NCBI GenBank assembly: GCA_002333425.1
Contig: DDBL01000133.1
Span: forward strand, 5,740 to 69,739
Length of the DNA stretch: 64,000 bases
Source of the DNA: Leptospiraceae bacterium UBA2033
GTDB taxonomy: Bacteria; Spirochaetota; Leptospiria; Leptospirales; Leptospiraceae
Reading direction: 5' to 3'
Below, piece after piece: positions 8,659 through 18,067 of the stretch. The translations under genes and the position numbers were made by a program. Within the stretch, counting starts at the first letter, position 1. Each line of letters opens with the position of its first letter. A model generated the notes under the pieces. It saw only the letters and a program-made list of their open reading frames with translations. It was not told the origin of the DNA and made no database searches.

Positions 8659-8805
8659 GATAGATATATTTTTTACTTTAGAGTTTGTCAAGTAAGATTC
8701 GGTTTCCTAAATATTTAATTTTTAAAAATTCGTCATAGCAAATATTTCTAAACTTGATTTAAGTCAAGGATAATAATTATTATTCTCATTTTGTATCCTA
8801 TAAAT

Positions 8806-9741
8806 TTACAAATTAAAAATAAACGCAATATTAATTGAAGATTCATAAGGACGAAAATCTCTGCCACGATACAACGGATTACGGTAAGAAACCGTAAGCA
8901 TATATTTTTCACTAAATCTATAATTTACACCAAGGGTAACTTCTCTAAAAATTAATGGAACTTTATCTCCGCTTGATCTTTCTTTTTGTATTCCATTAAA
9001 AGGAGTCCTATAAGTATAACCAGAAAAAATTGAAATATGATTATTGATTATATAGGAAATAAAACCTGCGGCGTTTGTCGTTTTTTTTAGCTGGATGTTG
9101 TCTATTTGGTTGTAGGTAAATTTTTGTTCTTGTCTTAGTATATATGGAACTTCGTCGTTTGTATTGTTCGTATCACCTGTATAGCGGCTAATAGGCATTT
9201 CACCTCCTATTCTACCTACTACAGAAATCCTTTTCCATAAATAGCCAAATGCTAAATTACCTTGCGCTGTATAATAATTACTTTCTATGAATTTTTGATT
9301 TACTCCACTTGTAGGAAATCCTATTCGCCCTTCTGCAAAGAAAAAATAGTTATTCTCTGCTTGTGTTTTATAAAAAGGAAACAACTTTGAGCCAATATAA
9401 GGTTTACCGTAACGTGCAAAATCAGAACGTTCCTTTTGGTCATAATAGATATAGCTAAAATTTGCGTTTACAGTAAATAAACCTTGCATAAAAATACTTT
9501 CACCGTAAATCGTTGTGTTGTTTATATTTCTATTTTCTTGTGATCCGCGATTGTAGTCATTACTTAAAATAAAATACGTTGGCGGAAATTTACCAGTATC
9601 CTCCCCCTGACCCAAAAAGCGAACATTGAACTGAGTTGTATCAAGTCCAGAACCTGTATGATGTGCATTAAGATAAATAGATGTTAAGAGATAATACAAA
9701 GTAGCCGCTAGAATCTTCTTTTTAAAATTCATTTTCTGCAT
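8806..9741 (-). CDS. Outer-membrane beta-barrel protein
   Basis: Has a signal peptide ending ...YLNA followed by HHTGSG. Strands alternate aromatic and polar residues. The C-terminal region LGVNYRFSEKY... resembles GGVNFYFPSFSEKM of the 4975-6252 barrel. Confidence 0.6.
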   Translation of the reverse strand: MQKMNFKKKILAATLYYLLTSIYLNAHHTGSGLDTTQFNVRFLGQGEDTGKFPPTYFILSNDYNRGSQENRNINNTTIYGESIFMQGLFTVNANFSYIYYDQKERSDFARYGKPYIGSKLFPFYKTQAENNYFFFAEGRIGFPTSGVNQKFIESNYYTAQGNLAFGYLWKRISVVGRIGGEMPISRYTGDTNNTNDEVPYILRQEQKFTYNQIDNIQLKKTTNAAGFISYIINNHISIFSGYTYRTPFNGIQKERSSGDKVPLIFREVTLGVNYRFSEKYMLTVSYRNPLYRGRDFRPYESSINIAFIFNL

Positions 9742-10643
9742 CCGTGTTCTTTTATTGTTGTGTTTAGATTCCAGTTCTTTAGTATTTCATTGTAAATACC
9801 TGAATTTTCTGAAGAACTAATGATTGGGTTACTTTCGGTTAAATCGGTTATTGCCCGTAAGATTTTTGTATTATCGATTATTGTATAACTATTCGTAGTA
9901 GTATCTTTCCATAATTCAGAATATTTTAGAGCCATTTTCAAGTTTAGATTTTGATTGAGTCCTAGATTGGTTGTACAAAGTCTTGTGAATGGTATATCTA
10001 TTTTCGAAAATTGAAGTGTAAAGTTTTTTGTTTTATTATCTCCACTTATTGTTCCAGAAAAATGAACTGAATTAAAATGAAATGTAACTTTTTGCAATAT
10101 TCCCTGTGGTAAATCCGAAAGAACAAAATTTTCTGATATATTATAATAACCAAACTCATCTGATCCATTAGCGTTTAGGAATGAAGACGTTGAATAGCCA
10201 TTAGCCGTCGTAAATACTTTAATTGTTGCTGACGCGGAGCTAGAAGATCCGCTATCAGCTTCATGTAGCATAACTTGGTTAGTCGCATCAGATGAATTAA
10301 TGCTGGAACTAGTTGTAGATATATATAATTCTACTTTATCAAAACTTATTTGAGAAGAATTATTTAATGTTACTGTATAGATATCCGAAGCCACTGCACT
10401 GTTTAACTGAAAAGATTTTAAACTCTCATCTCCTTGGTCATCATAGAATAAAATCTGTAAACTTGCATTTGTTTTTATAGATTCCCGAAGAAGTGAAAGT
10501 CTGTTTATAATTATTTTTTTCTCGGTAAGACTGTTTCCTTCAGAGCCAAATGTGCAGTAACTGCTACTTAGAAGCAATAGCAAAGAACAACTAATAGTTC
10601 TTTGCCATACTTTTATATGATATAAATTAAATTTTAGTTTCAT
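9729..10643 (-). CDS. Lipoprotein, unknown function (Ser-rich)
   Basis: Lipobox LLSSSYC. There is an ATGA overlap with the upstream MbnH-like gene and an overlap with the downstream barrel gene. Confidence 0.6.
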   Translation of the reverse strand: MKLKFNLYHIKVWQRTISCSLLLLLSSSYCTFGSEGNSLTEKKIIINRLSLLRESIKTNASLQILFYDDQGDESLKSFQLNSAVASDIYTVTLNNSSQISFDKVELYISTTSSSINSSDATNQVMLHEADSGSSSSASATIKVFTTANGYSTSSFLNANGSDEFGYYNISENFVLSDLPQGILQKVTFHFNSVHFSGTISGDNKTKNFTLQFSKIDIPFTRLCTTNLGLNQNLNLKMALKYSELWKDTTTNSYTIIDNTKILRAITDLTESNPIISSSENSGIYNEILKNWNLNTTIKEHGCRK

Positions 10644-11839
10644 TGAAATGGATTACTAAATTTAGGATTAGAAATAAACTCATCATCAGTCAGAGCTTTT
10701 AAAAAATTTATCAAATCTGTTCTTTCTTGTGGCGTTAAGGTAAAAGCACGTATTTGCGGATCTTTGTTCTTATGTGATAAGCCACCGGATGCATAATGAT
10801 CGATAACCTTTCCAAGTGCTTCGGTGGAACAATTTTCAATGTCACTAGGACTTGCAGTCGTACAAGTAAAGCTTCCATCGTGCATGTAAGGATATGTCAA
10901 TGCGATGTTTCTAAGGGATGGTGGTTTAAACTTTCCAATATCAGTCTGTAAAAGGGTAACTTCATAAAGTCCTTTTTTGTTGTCAGGTAAACTAGCATAA
11001 GTCGTATCTGAAATAATTCCGTTACTGGAATAAGAAACTTCCTCAAACACAGTTCCTGCATGAGTCATCGAATTAGTATAGTTGATTCCTCCATGACAAT
11101 GAAAACACTCAGCCGTTTCTCCATTAAAAACTGCAAGCCCTCGGATAGCAGATGAGGATAAGGCGGACTTATCTCCATAATTCAAGTATTTGTCTACTTT
11201 TGATTTGCCGCTAATTAAACTTCTTTGAAAACTAGATAGCGCAAAACGAACATTTTGCTCTGTTATATTTTCAATTCCACCTCCGAACGCACTTTGGAAT
11301 AATGTTCTATAGCGACTATCGGACTTTAGGCGATTTAGGTAATCATCATTACTAAGTCCAAGTTCAATTGGACTTGTTCCAAACATAGGACCACGTGCTT
11401 GAATTTCTAAAGAAGTCATTTTGTCATTTGACCAGGTTAAACGCGTATTATACGCAACGTTTGCAAGATTCTGAGAGTTTCTGGGATGAACTTCAGCGGT
11501 AGATCCAATACCAAATGGTTTTCTATCAGTAAATGCAAATTCCTGAAGATGACAACTGGAACAGGATTGAGTTTGATTTTGCGACAAGTTTTTATCATAG
11601 AATAAAAAACGTCCCAAAGTAACTTTTTCTTCAGACATTGGATTTTCTCTCGGAACACTTGGTATTGGAAAATCATTGGGCAAATTCCAATTATATCCAA
11701 TTTGAGATCGTCCAGAAAATTGAGCAATAAAGGCTGATTGAAGTAGTTGCGAATTATTCTTATTATCCTTATTCGCTTTGTCAAAACTTGTTCCACAATA
11801 GATTGTAGACAAGAGCAGTAGTATAATGAATGATTTCAT
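10640..11839 (-). CDS. Di-haem cytochrome c peroxidase/MauG family enzyme, MbnH-like
   Basis: Start MKSFIILLLLSTIYC at 11839 with RBS GGAGGAAG. Two CxxCH motifs (CSSCH, CFHCH) are present, plus FKPPSLRNIALTYPYMHDGSF, which is typical of the CCP/MauG family. Confidence 0.85.
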   Translation of the reverse strand: MKSFIILLLLSTIYCGTSFDKANKDNKNNSQLLQSAFIAQFSGRSQIGYNWNLPNDFPIPSVPRENPMSEEKVTLGRFLFYDKNLSQNQTQSCSSCHLQEFAFTDRKPFGIGSTAEVHPRNSQNLANVAYNTRLTWSNDKMTSLEIQARGPMFGTSPIELGLSNDDYLNRLKSDSRYRTLFQSAFGGGIENITEQNVRFALSSFQRSLISGKSKVDKYLNYGDKSALSSSAIRGLAVFNGETAECFHCHGGINYTNSMTHAGTVFEEVSYSSNGIISDTTYASLPDNKKGLYEVTLLQTDIGKFKPPSLRNIALTYPYMHDGSFTCTTASPSDIENCSTEALGKVIDHYASGGLSHKNKDPQIRAFTLTPQERTDLINFLKALTDDEFISNPKFSNPFQ

Positions 11840-11969
11840 TTTCTTCCTCCAGAGAAGTAGATGCAAAAAGAAAAGTAGGATTTGAAATTGTTTGGCTCAC
11901 CTTGTTATAAAATTTAACAAAGTGAGTCAAACAAGGAACACTACTTAAATCTGTTTTAGATGTATCGTA

Positions 11970-12905
11970 TTACCGAATACTGAATGCTGATTGCGTTGTT
12001 GTTGCCCCGGTTGAAGGCACGATACCGATGTTAGAGATTATCGGCTGACAAGCAGTAGTCGCATTCCCAGTCATACAAATATTAATTCCTGTGCTAGAGG
12101 CATCTGAGCCACTAAAAAGAGCATTCAAGTCAAGAGTGATTACATCCCTTGTTGCATTAAATCCAGTTGCTTTTGTTAAAGAAATTGTAGGACGATTTGG
12201 TAAACCACATTCATTTATTGGTCCGGTAGTATTGCCTGAACAAGAACCACTTCCGAGGTGAAATTGATTTTTACTTGTTGCAGTAAATTCTATTTTTGCA
12301 AATTTATAACCACTATTCCATGCCCAATACATAGCAATATTATTTAGTGGAGAAGTTGCAGTAGATGTTGATAAATGATTTAAGTAAAATGGAACTCCGA
12401 TTTTAAATTCTACACCCACATAGTTACCAACTGCAGAAGTTCCGATAATGGATTTGTTTGTTTCAGTAGTTCCCCCACTACAACCGTTAGTCGCATCTTC
12501 AAAGTCAAGAAGTGCTACGCCTGAGTAACTTCCAAACGAGTTGGAACCAGCGCCTAATTGCCATTTTCCGTCGGTAGTGATTAAAAAATCTGACTTTGTT
12601 CCATCAGTTGATATTAATTTTACATCATGAACATAGAATCGTAAATCATTTAGAGTTGCACCTGTTGTTCCTGCGATAGTTCCAGAAAGAGTTCCGGCAC
12701 AAGAAACGTTAGTGTTTCCAGACACAACATTAAAATTGATTGTAGATACAGAAGTTGGAGAAGACGAATTGATTTGATTGGACACAAGTGCGATAGCCGC
12801 CTGTTGAGTCGGGTTTTTGTCTGTGTCTTTTTTTCCTGTAATTGTATCACAGGAATTAATTAGTGTAGATAAAAATAGAATTGTTAAAATGATAAAATGT
12901 TTCAT
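11970..12905 (-). CDS. MbnP-like 'metallo-mystery pair' four-Cys/WxW lipoprotein
   Basis: Lipobox TLINSC and a WxW motif (YWAWNSGYKF). It has several conserved-looking Cys residues (VSCAG, NGCSGG, GSCSGN, NECG). It sits immediately upstream of the di-haem MbnH-like gene. Confidence 0.7.
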   Translation of the reverse strand: MKHFIILTILFLSTLINSCDTITGKKDTDKNPTQQAAIALVSNQINSSSPTSVSTINFNVVSGNTNVSCAGTLSGTIAGTTGATLNDLRFYVHDVKLISTDGTKSDFLITTDGKWQLGAGSNSFGSYSGVALLDFEDATNGCSGGTTETNKSIIGTSAVGNYVGVEFKIGVPFYLNHLSTSTATSPLNNIAMYWAWNSGYKFAKIEFTATSKNQFHLGSGSCSGNTTGPINECGLPNRPTISLTKATGFNATRDVITLDLNALFSGSDASSTGINICMTGNATTACQPIISNIGIVPSTGATTTQSAFSIR

Positions 12906-12948
12906 AAAATATCCTTGTAAAGTATGAGTAATACTGTTTACTCTATAT

Positions 12949-12990
12949 TATTTTGTGGCAAATATGAATTTGCCTTGTAATCGGTGTTAT
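12949..12990 (-). promoter_or_regulatory. Conserved 42-nt promoter/operator block, copy B
   Basis: 41/42 identical to 8211-8252. The -35 TTACAA is at 12980-12975, the dyad GGCAAAT/ATTTGCC lies in a 19-nt spacer, and the -10 CAAAAT is at 12955-12950. Confidence 0.55.
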
Positions 12991-13000
12991 CTTTCTATAC

Positions 13001-13079
13001 GAGCGCGGGCGGCGGTTTTACGATGTAGAGACAGGTTTGAAACCTGTCTCTACGACGATGATGTCGCCGCATCGCCCAG
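13001..13079 (-). repeat. GC-clamped extended hairpin element, copy 2
   Basis: Layout is GAGCGCGGGCGGCGG, then the hairpin GTAGAGACAGGTTtgaAACCTGTCTCTAC, then CGCCGCATCGCCC. It begins 4 nt after the stop of the minus-strand gene 13083-13475, in the same relative orientation as copies 1 and 3. Confidence 0.7.
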
Positions 13080-13082
13080 AAT

Positions 13083-13475
13083 TTAAGAAAACTTAGGAGG
13101 TTTAATGAGTGTTAGCTGATAGCCTTTATGGTTAGAAATAGAATTTGAAATTGGAAATATATAATGCGTTAGTTGAATGGAAAGAACAGAGAGCGTATTT
13201 GTTGTGATGAAAAAAGTTTGTTTGATTAGATTAGAGAGTTCGTTTGGATTTTTTGTTTTTTTACAAGAGCAAACGTGAACTGTTTTTTTTATATCATGGC
13301 AATCTGATTTTACAGAAGATCTGGAATGGATTTCTTTTTTTGAGTTGTGGTTACAGGTGCATATCTGCCTGACCTTACGCATAAAACAAAGTCCAGAATC
13401 ATAAATCAAACTTTGTGAAAGGACAGCAAAGATAATAATAAAACTCAAAATAGATTTTTGAATCACGCTTTGCAT
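13083..13475 (-). CDS. Small membrane-anchored Cys/His-rich protein, paralog B (130 aa)
   Basis: MQSVIQKS... with a hydrophobic N-terminus and motifs CTCNH, DCHD and HVCSC. The C-terminus GYQLTLIKPPKFS is conserved with paralog A. Confidence 0.75.
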   Translation of the reverse strand: MQSVIQKSILSFIIIFAVLSQSLIYDSGLCFMRKVRQICTCNHNSKKEIHSRSSVKSDCHDIKKTVHVCSCKKTKNPNELSNLIKQTFFITTNTLSVLSIQLTHYIFPISNSISNHKGYQLTLIKPPKFS

Positions 13476-13669
13476 GTTAACTACGGTCTAATTCTAAACA
13501 TTCTGCTTGTCAAGGAACATTTTACTGTAACCTCATCGCCCTGCGTGATATATATCATATTAGGTTCATGATCTAGATCAATGTGCAAATATTATGAGTA
13601 GGCAAAATCTATTTTTTTTACTGAAATGAATTGCAGGGAAACGATAAATTTGTACATTGCTAAATTAGT

Positions 13670-14275
13670 ATGAAACAAATATTGCTTGTTCCTAATCTTT
13701 TAACTTTGTCTCGGATGATTCTTATTTTTCCCTCGATCTATTTTTTAGAAAAGTCTGAGTTTTTAATTGCTGCTATTCTGGTGGCTATTTTACTTTTAAC
13801 AGATTTTTTCGATGGGTTTTTCGCTCGTAAGTTAAATCAAACTTCCTATTTGGGAGCAATCCTTGATCCAGTTGCAGATAAAATGGTTGTCATTCTTTTT
13901 TTTACTCATTTGATTTTGGTGAATTCTACTTCTCCGCTTTACTATGGCTTAGTTTTGACACGTGATATTTTACAGCTTTCTGTTATTCCGATTTTACTTC
14001 TTTGGAAAAAAATTGAGTTTAAAGTGAAACCAAGTCGGATTGCAAAACTAGGTACGGCTTTGAATTTTATTATTCTCGCTTTATATGAAATGAACTTTGT
14101 AGTTGCAAAAACTCCTGAGTGGTATGCGCGGTTTCTGGATGAATTGCAGACTTTGAATGTGTTTACTTTATTTCCTTTGCTTCTCATTTCCGCTTGTATT
14201 GAAGTTTACATCTTGTTTACCTTTATCCCTAGATTCATTCAGATTTATAAAGGGACTCATGATACATTTGAATAG
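13670..14275 (+). CDS. pgsA: CDP-alcohol phosphatidyltransferase (PgsA-like)
   Basis: Carries the signature DG-x2-AR-x8-G-x3-D-x3-D as DFFDGFFARKLNQTSYLGAILDPVADK. It is multi-TM. Confidence 0.8.
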   Translation: MKQILLVPNLLTLSRMILIFPSIYFLEKSEFLIAAILVAILLLTDFFDGFFARKLNQTSYLGAILDPVADKMVVILFFTHLILVNSTSPLYYGLVLTRDILQLSVIPILLLWKKIEFKVKPSRIAKLGTALNFIILALYEMNFVVAKTPEWYARFLDELQTLNVFTLFPLLLISACIEVYILFTFIPRFIQIYKGTHDTFE

Positions 14276-14314
14276 TTTTTTATTTTATCTCTCTATTATA
14301 TAAAAGGAAAAAGT

Positions 14315-15730
14315 ATGGATATTGTAATTTTTATTATTGTGCTTCTTGGATTTATTTATGTTGGTTTACGGGAAACAAAAAAAGTAAAGGACGATAACTC
14401 CTACTTACTCGCGAATCGTAAGACTGGCTTATTTGCATTAGTCGCTACTCTTGTGATGACTGAGTTTAATACTTCTACATTACTCGGATTTTCCGCTGCT
14501 GGTTATTCAGTTGGTATCTGGGGACTAACGCTTCCATTTGTATTTTTATTCGGTCTAGGTTTTTATACGTTTACTGTTGCCAAAAAATGGAAGAAGTTAA
14601 ATGGGATGAGTGTAGCTGAATTATTTTCTCTTCGTTATGGTAGTACAGTGGGGATAACAGCCAGTTTGTTTTTGATTTTTGCTATGATTGGGTTTAGTGC
14701 GACCTATGTTAAGTCTGTCACTGTAATCTTTCAGCCATTTTTACCGGATGTAAATTCTTATATAGTCAGTGCTCTTCTGGTAGGGGTTGTGCTTCTCATG
14801 ACTCTTCGTGGTGGATTGGTTTCTGTTATTTCTACCGATATTATGGGATTTATTGGAACTATTTTTATCGTTCCTTTACTGTTTTACTTTTCCTATTCTC
14901 AAAAGAATTTAGGTTTAGAGGAAATTATTCGTGTATTTCCACCTGAAAGTTCTAATGCACTTCCTATTCGGTACATCGTTTCTCTTGTAATACTTACAAT
15001 GTTTACTTATATAGCAGCACCTTGGTACGGACAAAAGATATTTGCCGCAGCTTCTGAAAAAACGGCTTTTATTGCAGTTGGAATTTCGAGTGTTATTGTA
15101 TTTATCCTTTACGCCTTTCCTATATTAGCCGTTGCTTATCTCAGACTTAATGGTGTAACGGGGATTAACCCCGAGGAAGGAATTCCTTATATTATCAAAT
15201 CCTATTTCCCAGTAGGTCTTAGGGCTATTGCGTTTGCTGTGTTATTCGCTGCTGCTGCTACAACTCTTTCTGGAATTTGGAGTGCATTAACTACAATGCT
15301 CGTGGGTGATTTCTTATTATCCGCTAAGAACCCAAAACTAGGAAAAGATTATATAGGAAGTATGAAAATATTTTTTGGATTTGCTTTTGTATCGTGGCTT
15401 TTGGGAAATATATTTGTAGATAAAATTTTAAATAAACTCATCCTTGCGAATATTCCAATTGCTGCTCTTTCGTTTGCTCTTCTTGCTGGATTTTTTTGGA
15501 AGAGAGCATCTAGGCGAGGGGCGATATTAAGTATTGTTCTTGGACTTATTTGGGGTCTTGGTTGTTACTTGTATTTGGGGGAGGATGGTGGTTATACATG
15601 GTTTTGGGCAGCTTATGGAATCCCGTTAATTTTTGTGAGTGGTATAATTGGATCTTTCTTGTTTCCTCAGTCAGAGGAAGAAAAGAAGGCACTCGAAAAA
15701 TTTAATCTTAGAATGAAAGATGAGTCCTGA
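14315..15730 (+). CDS. Sodium:solute symporter family transporter
   Basis: 471 aa with about 13 predicted TM helices and SSF-like spacing. The call rests on overall resemblance only. Confidence 0.65.
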   Translation: MDIVIFIIVLLGFIYVGLRETKKVKDDNSYLLANRKTGLFALVATLVMTEFNTSTLLGFSAAGYSVGIWGLTLPFVFLFGLGFYTFTVAKKWKKLNGMSVAELFSLRYGSTVGITASLFLIFAMIGFSATYVKSVTVIFQPFLPDVNSYIVSALLVGVVLLMTLRGGLVSVISTDIMGFIGTIFIVPLLFYFSYSQKNLGLEEIIRVFPPESSNALPIRYIVSLVILTMFTYIAAPWYGQKIFAAASEKTAFIAVGISSVIVFILYAFPILAVAYLRLNGVTGINPEEGIPYIIKSYFPVGLRAIAFAVLFAAAATTLSGIWSALTTMLVGDFLLSAKNPKLGKDYIGSMKIFFGFAFVSWLLGNIFVDKILNKLILANIPIAALSFALLAGFFWKRASRRGAILSIVLGLIWGLGCYLYLGEDGGYTWFWAAYGIPLIFVSGIIGSFLFPQSEEEKKALEKFNLRMKDES

Positions 15731-15732
15731 TC

Positions 15733-16503
15733 ATGAATTTTCAAACTGCAATTTTACTTTTTATTTCTTTTTTATTTACTACTCTCGGGGGATTCATCGC
15801 GTTATCCGGTAGGACTTCGGACGAACGAAATCTCGGGATTGGTTGTGTTGGTCTTTTTGGTGCTTCCTTCTTTACATTTGCCTATTTTGCTTGGAGAAAA
15901 AAGAATTTTGAAAAGCAAATGTTAAAAGAGGTAAATTCTATTTCTATATTGGGTAATAAAAAATTCCATATTGATAAAAATAAAGTCTATATTATATCCA
16001 TATTATTATTTTGTTTGGGCGGATTCCTTGCTTATTTTGTAAGACTGAATTTAGTTTTTACTATTTTGACAAGTCTTATGGGGCTAACGGGGCTTATCCT
16101 TTTTTTGGGGATATTATTCGGATTTTTTGCTAGAGAATATTTGGTTTTTGAGTTTGATGGGATTCGAATGGGTTTTAAAAATTACTCTTATATTATTCGA
16201 TGGGATAATATTATGAAAGTTTCTACTGAGGAATGGCATAACAATATGGCAGTCTTCATAAACTTAATTAACCCGGAGGATATTACACGTTATCTCTACG
16301 TGAGTAAAGGTCGAAGAGATAAAACTGTCAAAAAAATTTATTCTAAGATTGGATGGAATCTAAGTATGACAAATTCGCATCTATTGATTTTACCTGAAAG
16401 ATTTGGACTAGATGTTGGGTATTTTTTTAAAGCCTTAGAGAGTTATTTGCATTATCCAGAAAAGAGACAGGAATTGAAACAAACTAAAAAAATTGGATCA
16501 TGA
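15733..16503 (+). CDS. Hypothetical membrane protein
   Basis: 256 aa with about 4 TM segments followed by a soluble C-terminal domain. It is tightly packed between flanking genes. Confidence 0.55.
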   Translation: MNFQTAILLFISFLFTTLGGFIALSGRTSDERNLGIGCVGLFGASFFTFAYFAWRKKNFEKQMLKEVNSISILGNKKFHIDKNKVYIISILLFCLGGFLAYFVRLNLVFTILTSLMGLTGLILFLGILFGFFAREYLVFEFDGIRMGFKNYSYIIRWDNIMKVSTEEWHNNMAVFINLINPEDITRYLYVSKGRRDKTVKKIYSKIGWNLSMTNSHLLILPERFGLDVGYFFKALESYLHYPEKRQELKQTKKIGS

Positions 16504-16509
16504 GGTTTG

Positions 16510-17970
16510 ATGGATTCATTTAACAATTTATTACTAGCCATTTCTATACTACTCGTTCTGAGTATTCTTGCAAGTAAAGTGACTGGTAGATTAGGAGTTC
16601 CTACTCTTTTAATTTTCTTAGGAATTGGGATGCTTGCTGGTTCTGATGGAATTGGCGGAATTTATTTTGATGACGCTGCCATTACGCAAAATGTTGGTAT
16701 AATCGCTCTTATCTATATATTATTTTCTGGTGGATTGGATACAAATTGGAACAAAGTAAAACCTATATTTTGGCAGGGATTTTCGTTAGCTACTTTGGGA
16801 GTATTTATAACTGCGATTGTTGTAGGTATTTTTGTTCATAAAATTTTGAATTTTACTTTGTTTGAAGGAATTTTAGTCGGATCAATTGTAGCTTCCACAG
16901 ATGCTGCTGCGGTTTTTTCGATTATGCGCTCTCAAAAAGTGCAGCTCAGTGGACAAATTCGAGAGACGATAGAATTGGAATCTGGTAGTAATGATCCTAT
17001 GTCGGTGTTTTTGACTATCGCACTTCTCAGGCTTGTCAAAGAGCCTGATGCAGGTATGATGGATTTAATTATTTTATTTGTTCAGCAAATGGGACTTGGT
17101 GGGGTAGGGGGATTTTTATTTGGAAAAGTTTCCATTTTTTTGATTAATAAAATTAAGTTACAATACGAAGGACTATATCCAGTTTTGACAATTACGATTG
17201 CTTTACTTAGTTATAGTTTAACTTCTTATATTGGCGGTAATGGGTTTCTCGCTGTTTACCTCACCGGTCTTATTTTATCAGATAAGGATTTTATTCATAA
17301 GAAAAGTTTGATTAGGTTACACGATGGCGTGAGTTGGCTTATGCAGATAATTATGTTTTTGCTCTTGGGTCTACTTGTATTTCCAAAACAACTATTAAGT
17401 GTAGTTTGGATTGGAATTGTACTTTCTGTAATTCTTATTTTTATCGCAAGACCTCTTAGCGTTTACATAAGTTTAGCCTTTGCAAAATTAAATTTTAAAG
17501 AAAAAGCAATGATTTCTTGGGTTGGACTTAGAGGATCTGTTCCGATTATTCTCGCAACATTTCCCAAACAAGCTGGAATTGAGAAAGCTGATTTAATTTT
17601 TAATTTGGTTTTTTTTATTGTGATTACTTCGATTTTATTCCAAGGAACACTTCTTCCTGCTGTTGCAAAATTTTTTAAAGTCATCGAAAAAGATTCTAAC
17701 CAACAACCGAAAATTATTCCCTTTCAACCAGAAGAAATTGGCAAAACGGATAATGATTTAGTAACTGTTACACTTTCTAAAGAATCTAAACTAATTGGAA
17801 AGCAGATTGTAGAAGTAGGGCTTCCTGAAGGTGCTCTGATTGTACTTCTCACTAGAGGAGAAGAGTATGTAGTTCCTCGGGGCGCAACTCAACTCATGGA
17901 AAATGATATTATCCTTATTTTAGCTGGTCGAAAGTTACTTCCCAAAATCCACGAAATCATGAAAGTCTGA
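16510..17970 (+). CDS. nhaP2: K+(Na+)/H+ antiporter, CPA1/NhaP2-type, with C-terminal TrkA-C domain
   Basis: N-terminus LAGSDGIGGIYFDD...LFSGGLDT. The C-terminal region VTLSKESKLIGKQIVEVGLPEGALIVLLTRGEE is TrkA-C-like. ATG 16510 is preferred over TTG 16507 because of GAGG spacing. Confidence 0.85.
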   Translation: MDSFNNLLLAISILLVLSILASKVTGRLGVPTLLIFLGIGMLAGSDGIGGIYFDDAAITQNVGIIALIYILFSGGLDTNWNKVKPIFWQGFSLATLGVFITAIVVGIFVHKILNFTLFEGILVGSIVASTDAAAVFSIMRSQKVQLSGQIRETIELESGSNDPMSVFLTIALLRLVKEPDAGMMDLIILFVQQMGLGGVGGFLFGKVSIFLINKIKLQYEGLYPVLTITIALLSYSLTSYIGGNGFLAVYLTGLILSDKDFIHKKSLIRLHDGVSWLMQIIMFLLLGLLVFPKQLLSVVWIGIVLSVILIFIARPLSVYISLAFAKLNFKEKAMISWVGLRGSVPIILATFPKQAGIEKADLIFNLVFFIVITSILFQGTLLPAVAKFFKVIEKDSNQQPKIIPFQPEEIGKTDNDLVTVTLSKESKLIGKQIVEVGLPEGALIVLLTRGEEYVVPRGATQLMENDIILILAGRKLLPKIHEIMKV

Positions 17971-18067
17971 TTGGTATTCGGATAATATTTTTAGATAAAT
18001 AAAAAAATACTTTCACATTCAAACCTGTGTTTTCCTATATTCATAGAACAATAGGAGAAATTTATAT

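Noticed and set aside
11437-12850. Nested minus-strand ORFs (119 aa at 11437-11796 and 66 aa at 12650-12850) inside the MbnH-like and MbnP-like genes.
   Set aside because: They are out-of-frame overlaps within genes that carry clear family motifs. They have no independent start context.
8266-13475. The small Cys-rich proteins considered as methanobactin-like RiPP precursors.
   Set aside because: They are 130 aa with an N-terminal membrane anchor or signal and a conserved C-terminal domain. No MbnB/MbnC-type maturation genes are present in the window.
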